Assembly (NCBI GenBank): GCA_965222375.1
Contig: CBDCTZ010000009.1
Location: 256,001 to 320,000, forward strand
Direction of reading: 5' to 3'
Source: Polyangiaceae bacterium
Lineage (GTDB): Bacteria; Myxococcota_A; Polyangia; Polyangiales; Polyangiaceae
Length of the DNA stretch: 64,000 nucleotides
Shown here: piece by piece, positions 1 to 9,993 of the stretch
Position numbering within the stretch: position 1 is the stretch's first letter
Layout: every line of letters starts with the position of its first letter
Notes under the pieces: model-generated
What the model was told of the DNA's origin: nothing
The model's input: only the letters and a program-made list of their open reading frames with translations
Database searches by the model: none
Position numbers and translations under genes: made by a program

Positions 1-1601
1 TCGAGCCCGAGCTCTTGTCGGATCTGCGGCAACGTCAAGATCTCTCCGAACTGCAAGTTGATACGGCCATAGCGGTGGCGCAGGACTTCGGGCGTCTTCA
101 GCAGCCCGGCGGCGTCCTCTTTTTCTTTTTCTCCACCCGTGAGCTCTCGCTGGTAGCTGGCGGCCTCGATCACGCGCTCGTAGCCGATGCTGACGGGCAC
201 GAAGTAGGTCGTGCGTTGGGGCACCGCCACGGCTGCATCGACGATCATGGTGAGCAGCCCGTATTTTGGCGCCAGTAGCTTGCCCGTGCGGCTGCGGCCG
301 CCTTCCAGAAACAACTCGATCGGATACCCGTCACGGATCAGACGCCGGATGTAGCTGTCGACGATGGCCGCATACAGCTTGTCCCCTTTGAAGGAACGGC
401 GAATGAAGAACGCTCCACCGCGGCGAAAGATCGCACCCACGGGAAAGAAGTTCAGGTTGTCCCCGGCCGCGATCAGCGGCAGCTGCAAGTTCTCGTTGTT
501 GAAGACGTAGCTGAGGATCAGATAGTCGATATGACTCTTATGGCTGGGCAGTAGCACCAGCGAGCCCTCTTTGGCTGCTTCGCGCACGCGTTCGATGTCA
601 GCCTTGTTGTATTCGAGCCCCGCATAGATGCGGTGAAAGACCCGATGGAAGATCACCTCCATGCCCTTGATCGTCGCCATGTCCGGCGTGGCTTGGAGCT
701 CCCGCAGCATTCCAAGAGCGCGGCCGGTGAGTACCGTGCGGTCCACGGGGCGTTCACCGGCCAGGTCTTTGATGGTCTTTTGCAGCTTGGGGGTGCGCAC
801 GATTTCCAGTCGCACACGGTCCGGAGCCTTTTCGGCGGGGCCCACGATGCTACGCCGCACACGCTCCAGCCGACGCAGCAGCGAGTAGGTGACGCGCCGC
901 GCCTGCACGTCCGCCGACACCTCGGCATTCTCCCTGCAGAACTCCGCCAAGTTGAGCGCTTCACCCGCTTTCAGGGCGACGTGGTTGTAGTTGTAGAAGT
1001 ATTGCCCGACGGTTCGCAGCGGCGTGGGCCACTCCCGAGGTCCGAGCACGAAGTCGAGGGGCCGGTTGCCTCGGGTGTCCGGCTCCTTGGTCCACACGAA
1101 CAGCTGCGGCACGAGTAGGATCGGGCGATCACTCGCACGCTGCATGGAGAGCAGCGTCTTGAGCAGATCATCGCCCTCTCGCATGCCGCGTCCGCCGCTC
1201 GCGCCCGTTGCCAGATCCAACGCGCCCGGGGGCCGCTTGAGAAAGAGCGCCGCTGACCCGCCGCGGGTCAGCGCATCCTTGAGCTCGTCGCCCGGCGTGA
1301 CATCACGTCGTGGGAATAGTGCATTGAGCCACCCCTTTCCCATGGGCGATAGCACCCACAGTCCAAGATCGTTGGCGAAGCGCACTTCCGGAAGTGCGAA
1401 GCGCTTGGTGAGATGGTCCAACGCAAAGAAGTCGACGAAGTTGAGGCTGCGCAGCACGTAGACGACGCTGCCTTGAGCGGAGAGCGCTCGGACGTTTTCG
1501 ACCCAGGCGTCATCGACCTGAATGCGATCAAAGACCCGCCGATACAGCGCGCGGAGCGCGATGTTGGGTTCGTAGGGCCGCGTCAGGTTCCGCTGAGGCA
1601 T
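1..1601 (-). CDS. plsB: Glycerol-3-phosphate 1-O-acyltransferase (partial; 3' end runs off the window)
   Basis: Not in the ORF track because the stop lies outside the window. Manual translation from ATG 1601 gives MPQRNLTRPYEPNIALRALYRRVFDRIQVD..., with acyltransferase blocks LLPSHKSHIDY (HxxxxD), IAAGDNLNF, GAFFIRRSF and FLEGGRSRTGKLL. Confidence 0.9.
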   Translation of the reverse strand, partial: MPQRNLTRPYEPNIALRALYRRVFDRIQVDDAWVENVRALSAQGSVVYVLRSLNFVDFFALDHLTKRFALPEVRFANDLGLWVLSPMGKGWLNALFPRRDVTPGDELKDALTRGGSAALFLKRPPGALDLATGASGGRGMREGDDLLKTLLSMQRASDRPILLVPQLFVWTKEPDTRGNRPLDFVLGPREWPTPLRTVGQYFYNYNHVALKAGEALNLAEFCRENAEVSADVQARRVTYSLLRRLERVRRSIVGPAEKAPDRVRLEIVRTPKLQKTIKDLAGERPVDRTVLTGRALGMLRELQATPDMATIKGMEVIFHRVFHRIYAGLEYNKADIERVREAAKEGSLVLLPSHKSHIDYLILSYVFNNENLQLPLIAAGDNLNFFPVGAIFRRGGAFFIRRSFKGDKLYAAIVDSYIRRLIRDGYPIELFLEGGRSRTGKLLAPKYGLLTMIVDAAVAVPQRTTYFVPVSIGYERVIEAASYQRELTGGEKEKEDAAGLLKTPEVLRHRYGRINLQFGEILTLPQIRQELGL

Positions 1602-1716
1602 GCCTGGCCATCATACTCGGTTGTCGCCGCTGTCATTTGCCATGCAACAGCCGCCCCGGCTCGACCCCGAGCCTAGGCGCTGGCTGCCGGACGAAAGCCC
1701 TGATATGCCGCCACGG

Positions 1717-3108
1717 ATGCGGACTTTCCGCTGTGCAATCCTCACTGTGGTGGCCGCCGCAGCGCTGTCCTTCGGCTGCAAGAAGCGCTCGCCCGACGCT
1801 GCCCCCAGCGCCAAGAAACGTGAGCCCGAGGCCCCGAAGAAGGCCCCGCCCCGCTGTCAGGAACTGATCCCCGGGTCCATGCTCACCGTAGGCGACGTCG
1901 GGCGCCCCAAGAGTTCCGGGGAGCCCGACGCCTCCGCCGACGACCCGGACCTGCCCTTCGCGGTCGAAATGGGACAGGCCGTTTCCCACGCACACAGCTT
2001 CGTGGTCAGTGCGTTGCGCGCCAAGGGCGAGGGTACGATGGCGGTCATTGCCGTGGTGCCCCAAACTGGGCGGGGAGGTCGGGTGCTCGAACTCGGTGCC
2101 ACCCACGGCGATGTAGAGCCACCGCGTCTAGCCAGCCGCGGTGCTCACTTGGTCGCGGCGGTGCCGGATAGCGACGCCGGCGGTGGTGTGCTGCGTATGG
2201 CCAGTCTGACTCTGGGTGGCTCCTTGGGAGTGACCTGGGGTGGCGAAATCAGCGAGGGGCGCGACGCTTCGAAGGTCTTCGACGTCGAGCTGTCCAAGCA
2301 GCGCGGTGTCGTGGTCTGGGATGAGCTGGACAAGAAGAACGACCGCAGTGTCATCTCCCTGGCTAGTTTCGCTCCCAAAGATCTGGGCGCCATTTCGCCT
2401 TCGCGACGCGTTTCCAGTCCTGACGAAGACGCCGAGGCCCCCCAGCTCGCTTCCCGCCCCGGCGGCTTCTGGCTCTCATGGCTCAGCCGGGCGCCGATCG
2501 AGAAGGACGCGAAGAAGGAAAAGGCCGTGCCGACCAGCGGAGATGATCCATTGATCGCGTTCGGCGCGCGGCGGCTGATGCTGGCGCGGCTGGACGCCAA
2601 TGGCTCTCTGACCGGAGCACCCATCGCCGTCAGTGCGGGCCCTTCCCACGTGCTGGTCTACGATCTGGCCAGCAACGCCGATGGCAGTGCGCTCCTGGCG
2701 TGGCGGGACGACCCCACATCCCCTGGAGTGGAAGGACGCGCCGTGCACTTCGCGCGCGTCGACGGCGCGGGCAGCGTCTCGCGCAGCGCTGTTCAGGACG
2801 AGTCCATCGGTGCCGGAGTCCCAAGCTTGGTCGTTGACAGCGCTGCGCCGAAGGCCGGGTCCGCGACTTGGCTGTCCCTGGCGAGCGTGACCGACGAGAC
2901 CCAAGTGGCGGCCCTGACTACTTCGGGCAAGATCCGAGATCGCCTCGAAGCGGAACCAAGCATTCGCAGCGCCGAGCCCCTCGCCGCACGGGCTGGGCGC
3001 ATCCTGATTGGGCGACCACGGGGGCTCGCCGTGGAGCTCTCGGTGCTGCGTTGCAGCCCGGGTGCTTCGCTGCCGACGCTGCCGAAGGACCCCTTTGCAG
3101 AGAAGTGA
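1717..3108 (+). CDS. Hypothetical lipoprotein, probably beta-rich
   Basis: Within ORF 1600..3108. The start at ATG 1717 gives a signal peptide with lipobox (MRTFRCAILTVVAAAALSFG-C). It is followed 12 nt later by the DJ-1 gene. Confidence 0.7.
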   Translation: MRTFRCAILTVVAAAALSFGCKKRSPDAAPSAKKREPEAPKKAPPRCQELIPGSMLTVGDVGRPKSSGEPDASADDPDLPFAVEMGQAVSHAHSFVVSALRAKGEGTMAVIAVVPQTGRGGRVLELGATHGDVEPPRLASRGAHLVAAVPDSDAGGGVLRMASLTLGGSLGVTWGGEISEGRDASKVFDVELSKQRGVVVWDELDKKNDRSVISLASFAPKDLGAISPSRRVSSPDEDAEAPQLASRPGGFWLSWLSRAPIEKDAKKEKAVPTSGDDPLIAFGARRLMLARLDANGSLTGAPIAVSAGPSHVLVYDLASNADGSALLAWRDDPTSPGVEGRAVHFARVDGAGSVSRSAVQDESIGAGVPSLVVDSAAPKAGSATWLSLASVTDETQVAALTTSGKIRDRLEAEPSIRSAEPLAARAGRILIGRPRGLAVELSVLRCSPGASLPTLPKDPFAEK

Positions 3109-3120
3109 GGGAGGAAGACG

Positions 3121-3657
3121 ATGGGGAAAGTTGCAGTACTCTTGGCCGATGGCTTCGAAGAAATCGAGGCGGTCACAATCATCGACGTGCTGAGGCGCGC
3201 CGAACTGGAGGTCTCCGTGGCCGCCGTGGGCTCAGCGCTCGCCGTGGGCGCCCACGAGATCGCCATCAAAACCGACACGGATTTGGGGCAGCTGGACCCA
3301 GCCGTTCTAGATGCAGTGGTCTTGCCCGGTGGGCTTCCAGGGGCCACTTCCCTGAGAGATGAGCCTCGGGTGCTCGAATTGGTGCGTCGCATGCACGAGT
3401 CGCAAAAGGTCGTGGGCGCTATCTGCGCCGCTCCGATCGCCTTGGAAGCTGCCGGGATCCTCAACGGCAAGAAGGCGACGTCGTATCCCGGCTTCGAGCT
3501 GCCGAGCGCCGACTACCAGCAAGCTCGCGTCGTTCAGGATGACAACGTATTCACCAGCCGCGGCCCCGGCACCGCCCTCGAGTTTGCTCTGACCCTGGTG
3601 AGTCGCCTGGTCAGTCCCGAGCGTGCCGCCGACTTGAAGCAGCGCATGTTGGTCTAG
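3121..3657 (+). CDS. DJ-1/PfpI (ThiJ/YajL) family protein
   Basis: Motifs LADGFEEIEA, DAVVLPGG, GAICAAP (nucleophile Cys) and TSRGPGTALEFAL. GGAGG RBS upstream. Confidence 0.93.
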   Translation: MGKVAVLLADGFEEIEAVTIIDVLRRAELEVSVAAVGSALAVGAHEIAIKTDTDLGQLDPAVLDAVVLPGGLPGATSLRDEPRVLELVRRMHESQKVVGAICAAPIALEAAGILNGKKATSYPGFELPSADYQQARVVQDDNVFTSRGPGTALEFALTLVSRLVSPERAADLKQRMLV

Positions 3658-3676
3658 GTTGACTTCGGATTGAGGG

Positions 3677-3975
3677 TTTGGGTTTGGGGTCGAGCCCTGG
3701 GGCGGCCCTGGAGCCCTAATCCCGCGCTGCGCCAATACCTATCGCCTACACGTTCGTGTGGACAGGTAGACCCGGATTTGGTGCCCGCCGGGTGCTGACG
3801 CTGCGGCCCGGCTCGAGAGTAGTTACCCACCCGGCTTCGCCGGACCCACATCGAAGGAAACAGGCAATACTGCTGGGTGGTGGCAGAGAGGTCGAAGCCG
3901 CGATGGCGCCAGCGAGCCCTTCTGTTTCTGCCTAGTGGCTCTGACTGACCCAGGGCATGCGACCCCAAACCAAAA
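3677..3975. ncRNA. Candidate structured non-coding RNA (or MITE-like element) of unknown family
   Basis: Fills the gap between two convergent genes. The ends are complementary: GGTTTGGGGTCG 3681-3692 / CGACCCCAAACC 3960-3971 and GCCCTGGG 3694-3701 / CCCAGGGC 3949-3956. Several nested internal helices are present and there is no credible ORF. Confidence 0.45.
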
Positions 3976-3987
3976 TCGCCAAGCAGA

Positions 3988-5127
3988 TCAGACGTGGGGG
4001 CGGAAGCAGGCGACGCGGTGACGGCTTCCCTTTTCGAGTTCCTGCAGGGGTGGCGTTTCGGTGTCGCACTTGCCCTCTTCGGCGCGGGGGCAGCGGGGGT
4101 GGAAGGCGCAACCCGGAGGTGGGTCCATGGGGCTCGGGACGTCACCTTCCAACAGGACCCGAAGGCGGCGCTTGCTGGGATCAGGTACGGGGATCGCGGA
4201 CAGCAAAGCACGGGTGTAGGGGTGCAGGCGCTTTTCGTATAGCGACGCGGCGGGGGCGACCTCCACGAGCTTGCCTAGATACATGACCGCAACGCGGTGG
4301 CTCATGTACTCGACGACCTTGAGATCGTGAGAGATGAACAAGAAAGAGAGCTTGTACTCTTCCTGCAAATCCAGGAGCAGATTCACGATTTGGGCCTGAA
4401 TCGAGACGTCCAGGGCGCTGATGGGCTCGTCGCAGACGATGAACTCCGGGTCCACGGCCAAAGCGCGGGCAATCCCGATGCGCTGGCGCTGGCCGCCACT
4501 GAACTCGTGGGGATAGCGCTTCATGGCTTCGGGGCGGAGGCCGACGCGTTTGAGCAGCGCCTCGACCTTGGCGTCCTCTTCGGAACGGCTCTTGGCCAGC
4601 TTGTGGACCTGTAATGCTTCGCCAACGATGCGGCGTACCGTCATGCGGGGATTCAGAGACGAATAGGGATCCTGAAAGATGATCTGCATCCGACGGCGCA
4701 AGGGGCGCAGCTGCCGGTGGCTCATCGGGGTGATGTCTTGGCCGTCAAAAACGATGCGCCCGTAGGTGGGCTCGAGCAGTTTGAGCAAGGTGCGGCCGAG
4801 GGTGCTCTTGCCGCAGCCGCTCTCCCCCACGAGGCCCAGGGTTTCGCCGTGGCGGACATAGAGGGACACGCCGTCGACCGCGCGCACCAACTTGGTGCGG
4901 CCGAATAGGCCTTTCTTGACGGGGAAGAGCTTGCTCAGGCGCTCGACCTGAACGAGGGGGCGGCGTCGGCCATCCGGTGCGGCTCGTTCTTCCGCCGGCT
5001 TGGACTCTCGTTCCTCGGTCTTGGCGTCGCCTTCTTTCGGCGCTGCGGGAGGATCCCAATACACCTCGCTGCCGAGCGCTGCATCGGCCTTCTTGGCGCC
5101 GCTGGGCTCTTCTTCGCTATTGCTCAT
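3988..5127 (-). CDS. Oligopeptide/dipeptide ABC transporter ATP-binding subunit (OppF/DppF/AppF type)
   Basis: [41 protein letters not shown] and C-terminal HPYT...[11 protein letters not shown] 5127 overlaps the upstream gene's stop (ATGA). Confidence 0.93.
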   Translation of the reverse strand: MSNSEEEPSGAKKADAALGSEVYWDPPAAPKEGDAKTEERESKPAEERAAPDGRRRPLVQVERLSKLFPVKKGLFGRTKLVRAVDGVSLYVRHGETLGLVGESGCGKSTLGRTLLKLLEPTYGRIVFDGQDITPMSHRQLRPLRRRMQIIFQDPYSSLNPRMTVRRIVGEALQVHKLAKSRSEEDAKVEALLKRVGLRPEAMKRYPHEFSGGQRQRIGIARALAVDPEFIVCDEPISALDVSIQAQIVNLLLDLQEEYKLSFLFISHDLKVVEYMSHRVAVMYLGKLVEVAPAASLYEKRLHPYTRALLSAIPVPDPSKRRLRVLLEGDVPSPMDPPPGCAFHPRCPRAEEGKCDTETPPLQELEKGSRHRVACFRPHV

Positions 5128-6128
5128 GGCTGGGAATAGTGGCAACGGGAGGTTCGGCCCGGGCCGAACTCCAATAATAGAGGTTCGTCGCTGTCGCAGG
5201 CTTCGAATCCTTCGGGTTCGGACTTGCGATGGGCGCAACGCGCCACGAAGCGACAGCCTTTGGGCAGGTCCAGCAGATCCGGCACGACCCCTTCGATCGT
5301 CTGCAGCCGATTGCCTTGCGTCCGGTCCCGGGAAGCGTCCATGGGCGGCACGCTGGCCAAGAGCCCTTTCGTATAAGGGTGCTCTGGCGACGCGAACACG
5401 TCTTCGACTTTGCCGCTTTCCACGACTCGTCCTGCGTACATGACGACGACTTGGTTGGAGAACTCCGCGACCACCCCCAGGTCATGGGTGATGAATAGAA
5501 TACTCATGGAGAGCTCCGACTGCAGTCGGCGGAGTAGGTCGAGGATTTGCGCCTGGATGGTTACGTCCAGGGCCGTCGTGGGCTCATCGGCGATCAAGAC
5601 GTCAGGATCGCAGGACAGGGCCATGGCGATCATGACCCGCTGGCGCATGCCTCCCGAGAGCTGGTGCGGATAGGCGTCGACCCGTTCCTCAGGCGACGGA
5701 ATTCCGACGAGCTTCAGTAACTCCACGGCTCGCTTGCGTGCGGCAGAGCGCGAGAGGGGTTTGTGCAGCCGGATGGCCTCGACGATCTGAGATCCGACCG
5801 TGTAGACCGGGTTCAGGGATGTCATGGGCTCCTGGAAGATCATGGCGATCTTGGCGCCGCGGGTTTTCCGCATTTCGTGATCAGGCAGATCCAGGAGGTT
5901 CTTGCCGTCGTAGAGGATCTTGCCCTGCTCGATGACTGCAGGCGGCACGGGCAGTAGCCGCAAGATGCTTAGCGCGGTCACACTCTTGCCGCAGCCGCTT
6001 TCGCCGACCAACGCCAAGGTCTCCCCCTTGGGTACCTCGAAGGAAACGTCTTCTACCGCTCGCAAGCGGCCGCGATCTGTGTCGAAGGCGGTCGTGAGGC
6101 CGACCACGCTGAGCACCGCTTCGGACAT
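5124..6128 (-). CDS. Oligopeptide/dipeptide ABC transporter ATP-binding subunit (OppD/DppD type)
   Basis: [40 protein letters not shown] and HPYTKGLL...GCRF..RC. Confidence 0.95.
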   Translation of the reverse strand: MSEAVLSVVGLTTAFDTDRGRLRAVEDVSFEVPKGETLALVGESGCGKSVTALSILRLLPVPPAVIEQGKILYDGKNLLDLPDHEMRKTRGAKIAMIFQEPMTSLNPVYTVGSQIVEAIRLHKPLSRSAARKRAVELLKLVGIPSPEERVDAYPHQLSGGMRQRVMIAMALSCDPDVLIADEPTTALDVTIQAQILDLLRRLQSELSMSILFITHDLGVVAEFSNQVVVMYAGRVVESGKVEDVFASPEHPYTKGLLASVPPMDASRDRTQGNRLQTIEGVVPDLLDLPKGCRFVARCAHRKSEPEGFEACDSDEPLLLEFGPGRTSRCHYSQP

Positions 6129-6169
6129 GCGCCGCCGACGTTAGCACGCCGCCATAGCCACTTTCACCC

Positions 6170-6823
6170 TCAGCGCGAGTAGATTTCCAGGCGTGGCCCC
6201 CGGCCGCTCGCCACCCCAGTGGCAAAGCTGACGCCCGCGTCGCTGCCGGCACCCGCGACGACGGCGAGGGCTGGGTAGGCCTCTGGATGGGCCGCCAAGT
6301 AGGCAACAATGCGCGTCACATCGATTCGTAGCTCCGTCGGCGGACGAGGCCGGGCAATTCCCGAGGCGTGGGGGCGCACGAGCTTTGGACCGCGCACCCA
6401 GCTCAGTGCCGACTCGTCCCAAGGGTCAGCCATTCTCCAGGCATCGACCTCGATGTCGCCGATGCCTCGAGCGACGCCCTGTGCCGGCTCCAGAAGTAGA
6501 AAGGCAGCTTCCACGTTGTCCGCACTGATGCGCGGTCCGAACTCGAGCATGAGTCGAGTCGCGCCGCGGGCGTGGCTGCCGAAGGTGATCACCGTTGGCA
6601 GTGGACCGGGTTCTATCTCTGAGCTGACGACCGCCATGCGCGTGGGCTCGAGCACCGTGCGCGTGGACTTGGGCGAGACGGGCTCTCCGCCGGTGGGTAC
6701 GCATCGGTTGGCCAGGCACTCCATGCCCTCGCCGCAGACCCCGGCGGACATGCAGGGCGACGGTGTGGCTCGGCAAGCACCGACACCGAGCGCGATCATG
6801 AGGGCGGGTAGGCACCTACGCAT
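6170..6823 (-). CDS. Lipoprotein with a short Cys-rich N-terminal motif and a DNRLRE/CBM96-like beta domain
   Basis: Lipobox LGVGA-C and C-x5-C-x5-C-x4-C motif. The segments 'WDESALSW', 'IDVTRIV' and C-terminal 'GPRLEIY' resemble DNRLRE domains; this is a by-eye assignment. Confidence 0.6.
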   Translation of the reverse strand: MRRCLPALMIALGVGACRATPSPCMSAGVCGEGMECLANRCVPTGGEPVSPKSTRTVLEPTRMAVVSSEIEPGPLPTVITFGSHARGATRLMLEFGPRISADNVEAAFLLLEPAQGVARGIGDIEVDAWRMADPWDESALSWVRGPKLVRPHASGIARPRPPTELRIDVTRIVAYLAAHPEAYPALAVVAGAGSDAGVSFATGVASGRGPRLEIYSR

Positions 6824-6867
6824 GTCGTCACGCTACATAACACGCGCGCCAGCCCGACGTTGTAGGT

Positions 6868-9800
6868 TCAACTGCCTCGCCGGCCGCGCCGCCGGGCCAG
6901 TAATATTTCCGCTGCGGTCAGGGTCGGCCCGGAGCTTGGGCCGGAGCTGGCTGGGGACGTTCCAGACGTATTCGAGTGCGTGGGTGATCGGGCGAAGTGC
7001 GGCACACTAGGCGGAGGCGTATCTGTTTGGACTACGGGGCGCGGCGCTGCAGCCACGGGTGGCGGTCGCCCGGGTTGCGGTGCGGCGCGGCTCTTGACGT
7101 CCTTCAACGCATCCAGCGTCTGAGTGCTCTGTTGAGCAACGGCCGCAGTCCGGGCGGCGGCGCGGGCCTTGCGCTCCGCCTTGGCGTCGGCGCGAGCGCG
7201 CAGGCGGGCCTGAACGCGGGGAAATGCGTCCGGCAACGCCAAGCGCCGTGCCGCGACGCCGAATAGCAAGGTGAGGGCAGCCGCAAGCAGCAGGGGGAAG
7301 GTGAGCGAGAAGTAGGAGAAGCGCTTGACGTCGCGGTCGTTGAAGATCCCAGCCAGAGTATCCCGCGTCTTGCCGCCCGTGACTTCTGCCACGCGGGAGA
7401 GCAGTGCGCGATCCGAGCCCGTTGGACGCAGTTCTTCTCCAGCGGTCAGGACGGCTCCAGTGGTGGCGAGGGACTTGCCGTCGAGATCGTCTAGAGCTGT
7501 CGCCACATAGGCGCCTGGGCGGGAGAGGGGGATGGTGGCGGAGTAGGCTCCCGCGCCGGTCGCTTCGAGGGGGACGTCGCGTTTGAAGCCGTCCGGGCCG
7601 CCCACTCGGACGGAGAGTCGCCGGAAGGTCTCGGCTCGCCCGTCGTCGTCAACCACCGTTGCTCTAACGTGCAGTTCGCCTCCAGATGCGTCTGCCTGGA
7701 GGCGCACACGTGGGTCGTCGGCGCGTCGACTCACGTCTCGTGCCAGCTGCGCGAACATGCGGCCGGCGTTGGGCCACTTCGTCCACTCGACGCCCCAGCG
7801 ATCTTTGAAGTCACTCGTGAACGCCGCGCTCCGGCCGATGCCGACGGACCACGACGCAAGAACCGGATCCCCCTCGGGACCCGAAAGATGTACCTGGGCA
7901 CGCCCCTTCGGAATGGTGACCACATAGCCGAGCAGCGGCGGCGCCCCCTTGACGCTGATGCCTCGGAGTGCGGCTCCGGGTGTTCGCGGCGCGACTTTGA
8001 AGGGCTTTTCGTGGATGGCGCTGCGTGCCGCGAGGATGGTTTCCTGAGCGAATACGGCAGGCAGCCGTGACGCGTCCTCCACCAGATAGAACCGACCGTC
8101 GCCCAGCTGGCTCATCTTTTCCAGCGCCGGCACGTCCGAGCCGCGGCCGAGAGCCACCACGCTGGTGGTGATGCCGCGGCGTTTGGCGCTGGAGACCAAG
8201 GCGAAGGCGTTCGGGCGCTCTTCGGCGTCGGCGCCATCCGAGAACACCAGCAAGTGCTTGAGGTTGACCTTTTCTTTCTCCAGCGCGGCGTATGCCGTCT
8301 GCAGAGTGAGGTCGATGTAGATCCCGCCGCCACCTGGGCCCACGCTGCGGATCTGTTTGGCGATCTTCTTCTTGTCGGTTACGGGCCCGAGGGGCACGGT
8401 CCAAGTGACTGCAGTGTCCACGTGCATCACGCCGAGTCGATCGCCGGCGCCCAGTAGGTCCGCGGAGCGCGCGGCAGCTTCGTTCGCGAGCTCGAGCTTG
8501 GTCTGCTTGCCGGCGCGCATCCCCATGGAGCCCGAGTAGTCGATGGCGATGACCTCGGCGAGGCTAGCTCGTCGCCGCTCTTGCTTCAGATCGAAGGAGA
8601 CCGGGCTCACTTCTTCTACGGGAGTCTTGCCGTAGCCGCCGGGCCCCATGGACTTGTCTCCGCCCATCAAGATCATGCCACCGCCGAGATCCCGTACGTA
8701 GGTGGCGAGGGCGGCGAGTTGTGTGGGAGCCAAGTCCGCTGCGGGAATGTCGGATAGGACCACCAGATCGTAGGCGGCGAAGGCAGCCACGTCTTCGGGC
8801 GCGCCCGCGGCGCTCTTGACGTTGACCTGAAACGCCGCGTTTTGAAGGGCTTGGGCCAGAGCTGTCGCGACCTCTGGTTTGCCCTCCAGGATCAAAGCGG
8901 AGGCTTGGCCGCGCACCCGCAAAAAGGTGGAGCCGCGGTTGTCCTCGGGTGCCTCGTCGTGTTTCGGGTCGATGGCACTGATCTCCACGTCGTAGCGGTG
9001 TAGGCCCGGCCCCGGCGCGGTTTCACGCATGCGCAGCACGTCCTCGCCGGCGGCGACTTTGGCGTTTCCACGCTTGAGCAGCTTGCCGTCGCGGTAGATG
9101 CGAACCTCGATGGGCGCTTCGACCGTCGACGACGTGACGATGCGCAGCTCCATGGTTTCGCCCTCGCTGGCGCGGGAGGGCATGCGCACGGCCACGACCC
9201 GCACGTCCGTTAGCTTGGCCTGGTCGAGAGGCACGACGTCCACGGGGACGCCCGCGGCCACCGCCGCCGCCGCGGCCTGGAGTGCGTCTCCTCGGGTCGC
9301 GACCCCGTCCGACAGGAGAACGATTCGCGCAGCGGCGTCGGCAGGCACGTCCGCCAGGGCTCGGCGCAGGGCGGCGCCCACGTCTGTGCCGTCGCGCCCC
9401 AATTCGACCTTCTGGGGTGCCGGCAATCGGGTCTTGGGCCGTAGAGGATCTTCGATTGCAGCTTCCGCAGCGAAGGCGATGGTCCCGATGCGGTCGTCCT
9501 TGCGCATGGCGACTTCGGCCACTTGCAGCTCAGCGGCGATTCGCGCCTCGGCATCGGGGACCAAGTCGATGCTGCGACTGCGGTCGATGGCGATGAGCAC
9601 CGCCAAGCGGTCCAGTGGTTTGCCGATTTCCACGCCCACAGCGGCCAGGGCGGCTGCCAGGGCGCTGGTCGCAATGAGCAGTTCCGTCAAAAACCGCCTG
9701 AAGCGGCCCACCCGGTGGGACAAGCTCAGCAGGCGCCAGGCGACGTAGCAGACCGCGACCGCGCAGGGGATGGCCAGCAGCGGTCGCTCCAAGCGCACGT

Positions 9801-9993
9801 AGCGCTCTGGGATGAGCCCAGTCCAGGTCGCACCCACGTAGACCACCAGGGTGGTGGCCAGCAAGCTGGTGACCAACAGCACCGGCCGCTTGGCCATTCC
9901 ACGGCGGATGGCCGAGACGTGGCACGCGACAGCCAATGCCAATCCGGCGGCCGAGGCTACCCAAGGCAGGTATTTGGCGACCTCAGGCGTCAC
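6868..9993 (-). CDS. Large membrane protein with two vWA domains and a class I GATase-like domain
   Basis: N-terminal TM helices. MIDAS motifs DRSRS...IVLLSDG and DYSGSM...LLVFSDG. GATase1-like segment YDLVVLSDIPA...YVRDLGGGMILMGG. C-terminal TM helix and Pro-rich tail. Confidence 0.85.
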   Translation of the reverse strand: MTPEVAKYLPWVASAAGLALAVACHVSAIRRGMAKRPVLLVTSLLATTLVVYVGATWTGLIPERYVRLERPLLAIPCAVAVCYVAWRLLSLSHRVGRFRRFLTELLIATSALAAALAAVGVEIGKPLDRLAVLIAIDRSRSIDLVPDAEARIAAELQVAEVAMRKDDRIGTIAFAAEAAIEDPLRPKTRLPAPQKVELGRDGTDVGAALRRALADVPADAAARIVLLSDGVATRGDALQAAAAAVAAGVPVDVVPLDQAKLTDVRVVAVRMPSRASEGETMELRIVTSSTVEAPIEVRIYRDGKLLKRGNAKVAAGEDVLRMRETAPGPGLHRYDVEISAIDPKHDEAPEDNRGSTFLRVRGQASALILEGKPEVATALAQALQNAAFQVNVKSAAGAPEDVAAFAAYDLVVLSDIPAADLAPTQLAALATYVRDLGGGMILMGGDKSMGPGGYGKTPVEEVSPVSFDLKQERRRASLAEVIAIDYSGSMGMRAGKQTKLELANEAAARSADLLGAGDRLGVMHVDTAVTWTVPLGPVTDKKKIAKQIRSVGPGGGGIYIDLTLQTAYAALEKEKVNLKHLLVFSDGADAEERPNAFALVSSAKRRGITTSVVALGRGSDVPALEKMSQLGDGRFYLVEDASRLPAVFAQETILAARSAIHEKPFKVAPRTPGAALRGISVKGAPPLLGYVVTIPKGRAQVHLSGPEGDPVLASWSVGIGRSAAFTSDFKDRWGVEWTKWPNAGRMFAQLARDVSRRADDPRVRLQADASGGELHVRATVVDDDGRAETFRRLSVRVGGPDGFKRDVPLEATGAGAYSATIPLSRPGAYVATALDDLDGKSLATTGAVLTAGEELRPTGSDRALLSRVAEVTGGKTRDTLAGIFNDRDVKRFSYFSLTFPLLLAAALTLLFGVAARRLALPDAFPRVQARLRARADAKAERKARAAARTAAVAQQSTQTLDALKDVKSRAAPQPGRPPPVAAAPRPVVQTDTPPPSVPHFARSPTHSNTSGTSPASSGPSSGPTLTAAEILLARRRGRRGS

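Noticed and set aside
3677..3975. SRP RNA, RNase P RNA, tmRNA or cobalamin riboswitch identity for the intergenic element
   Set aside because: There are only partial look-alikes (GAAGGAAACAGGC, ACCCGGCTT, GGGCACCA, GCCACTAG). Missing are the SRP helix-8 CAGG-GNRA-AGCAG, the RNase P GAGGAAAGTC, the tmRNA T-arm and tag ORF, and the full B12 box. A convergent location also argues against a riboswitch.
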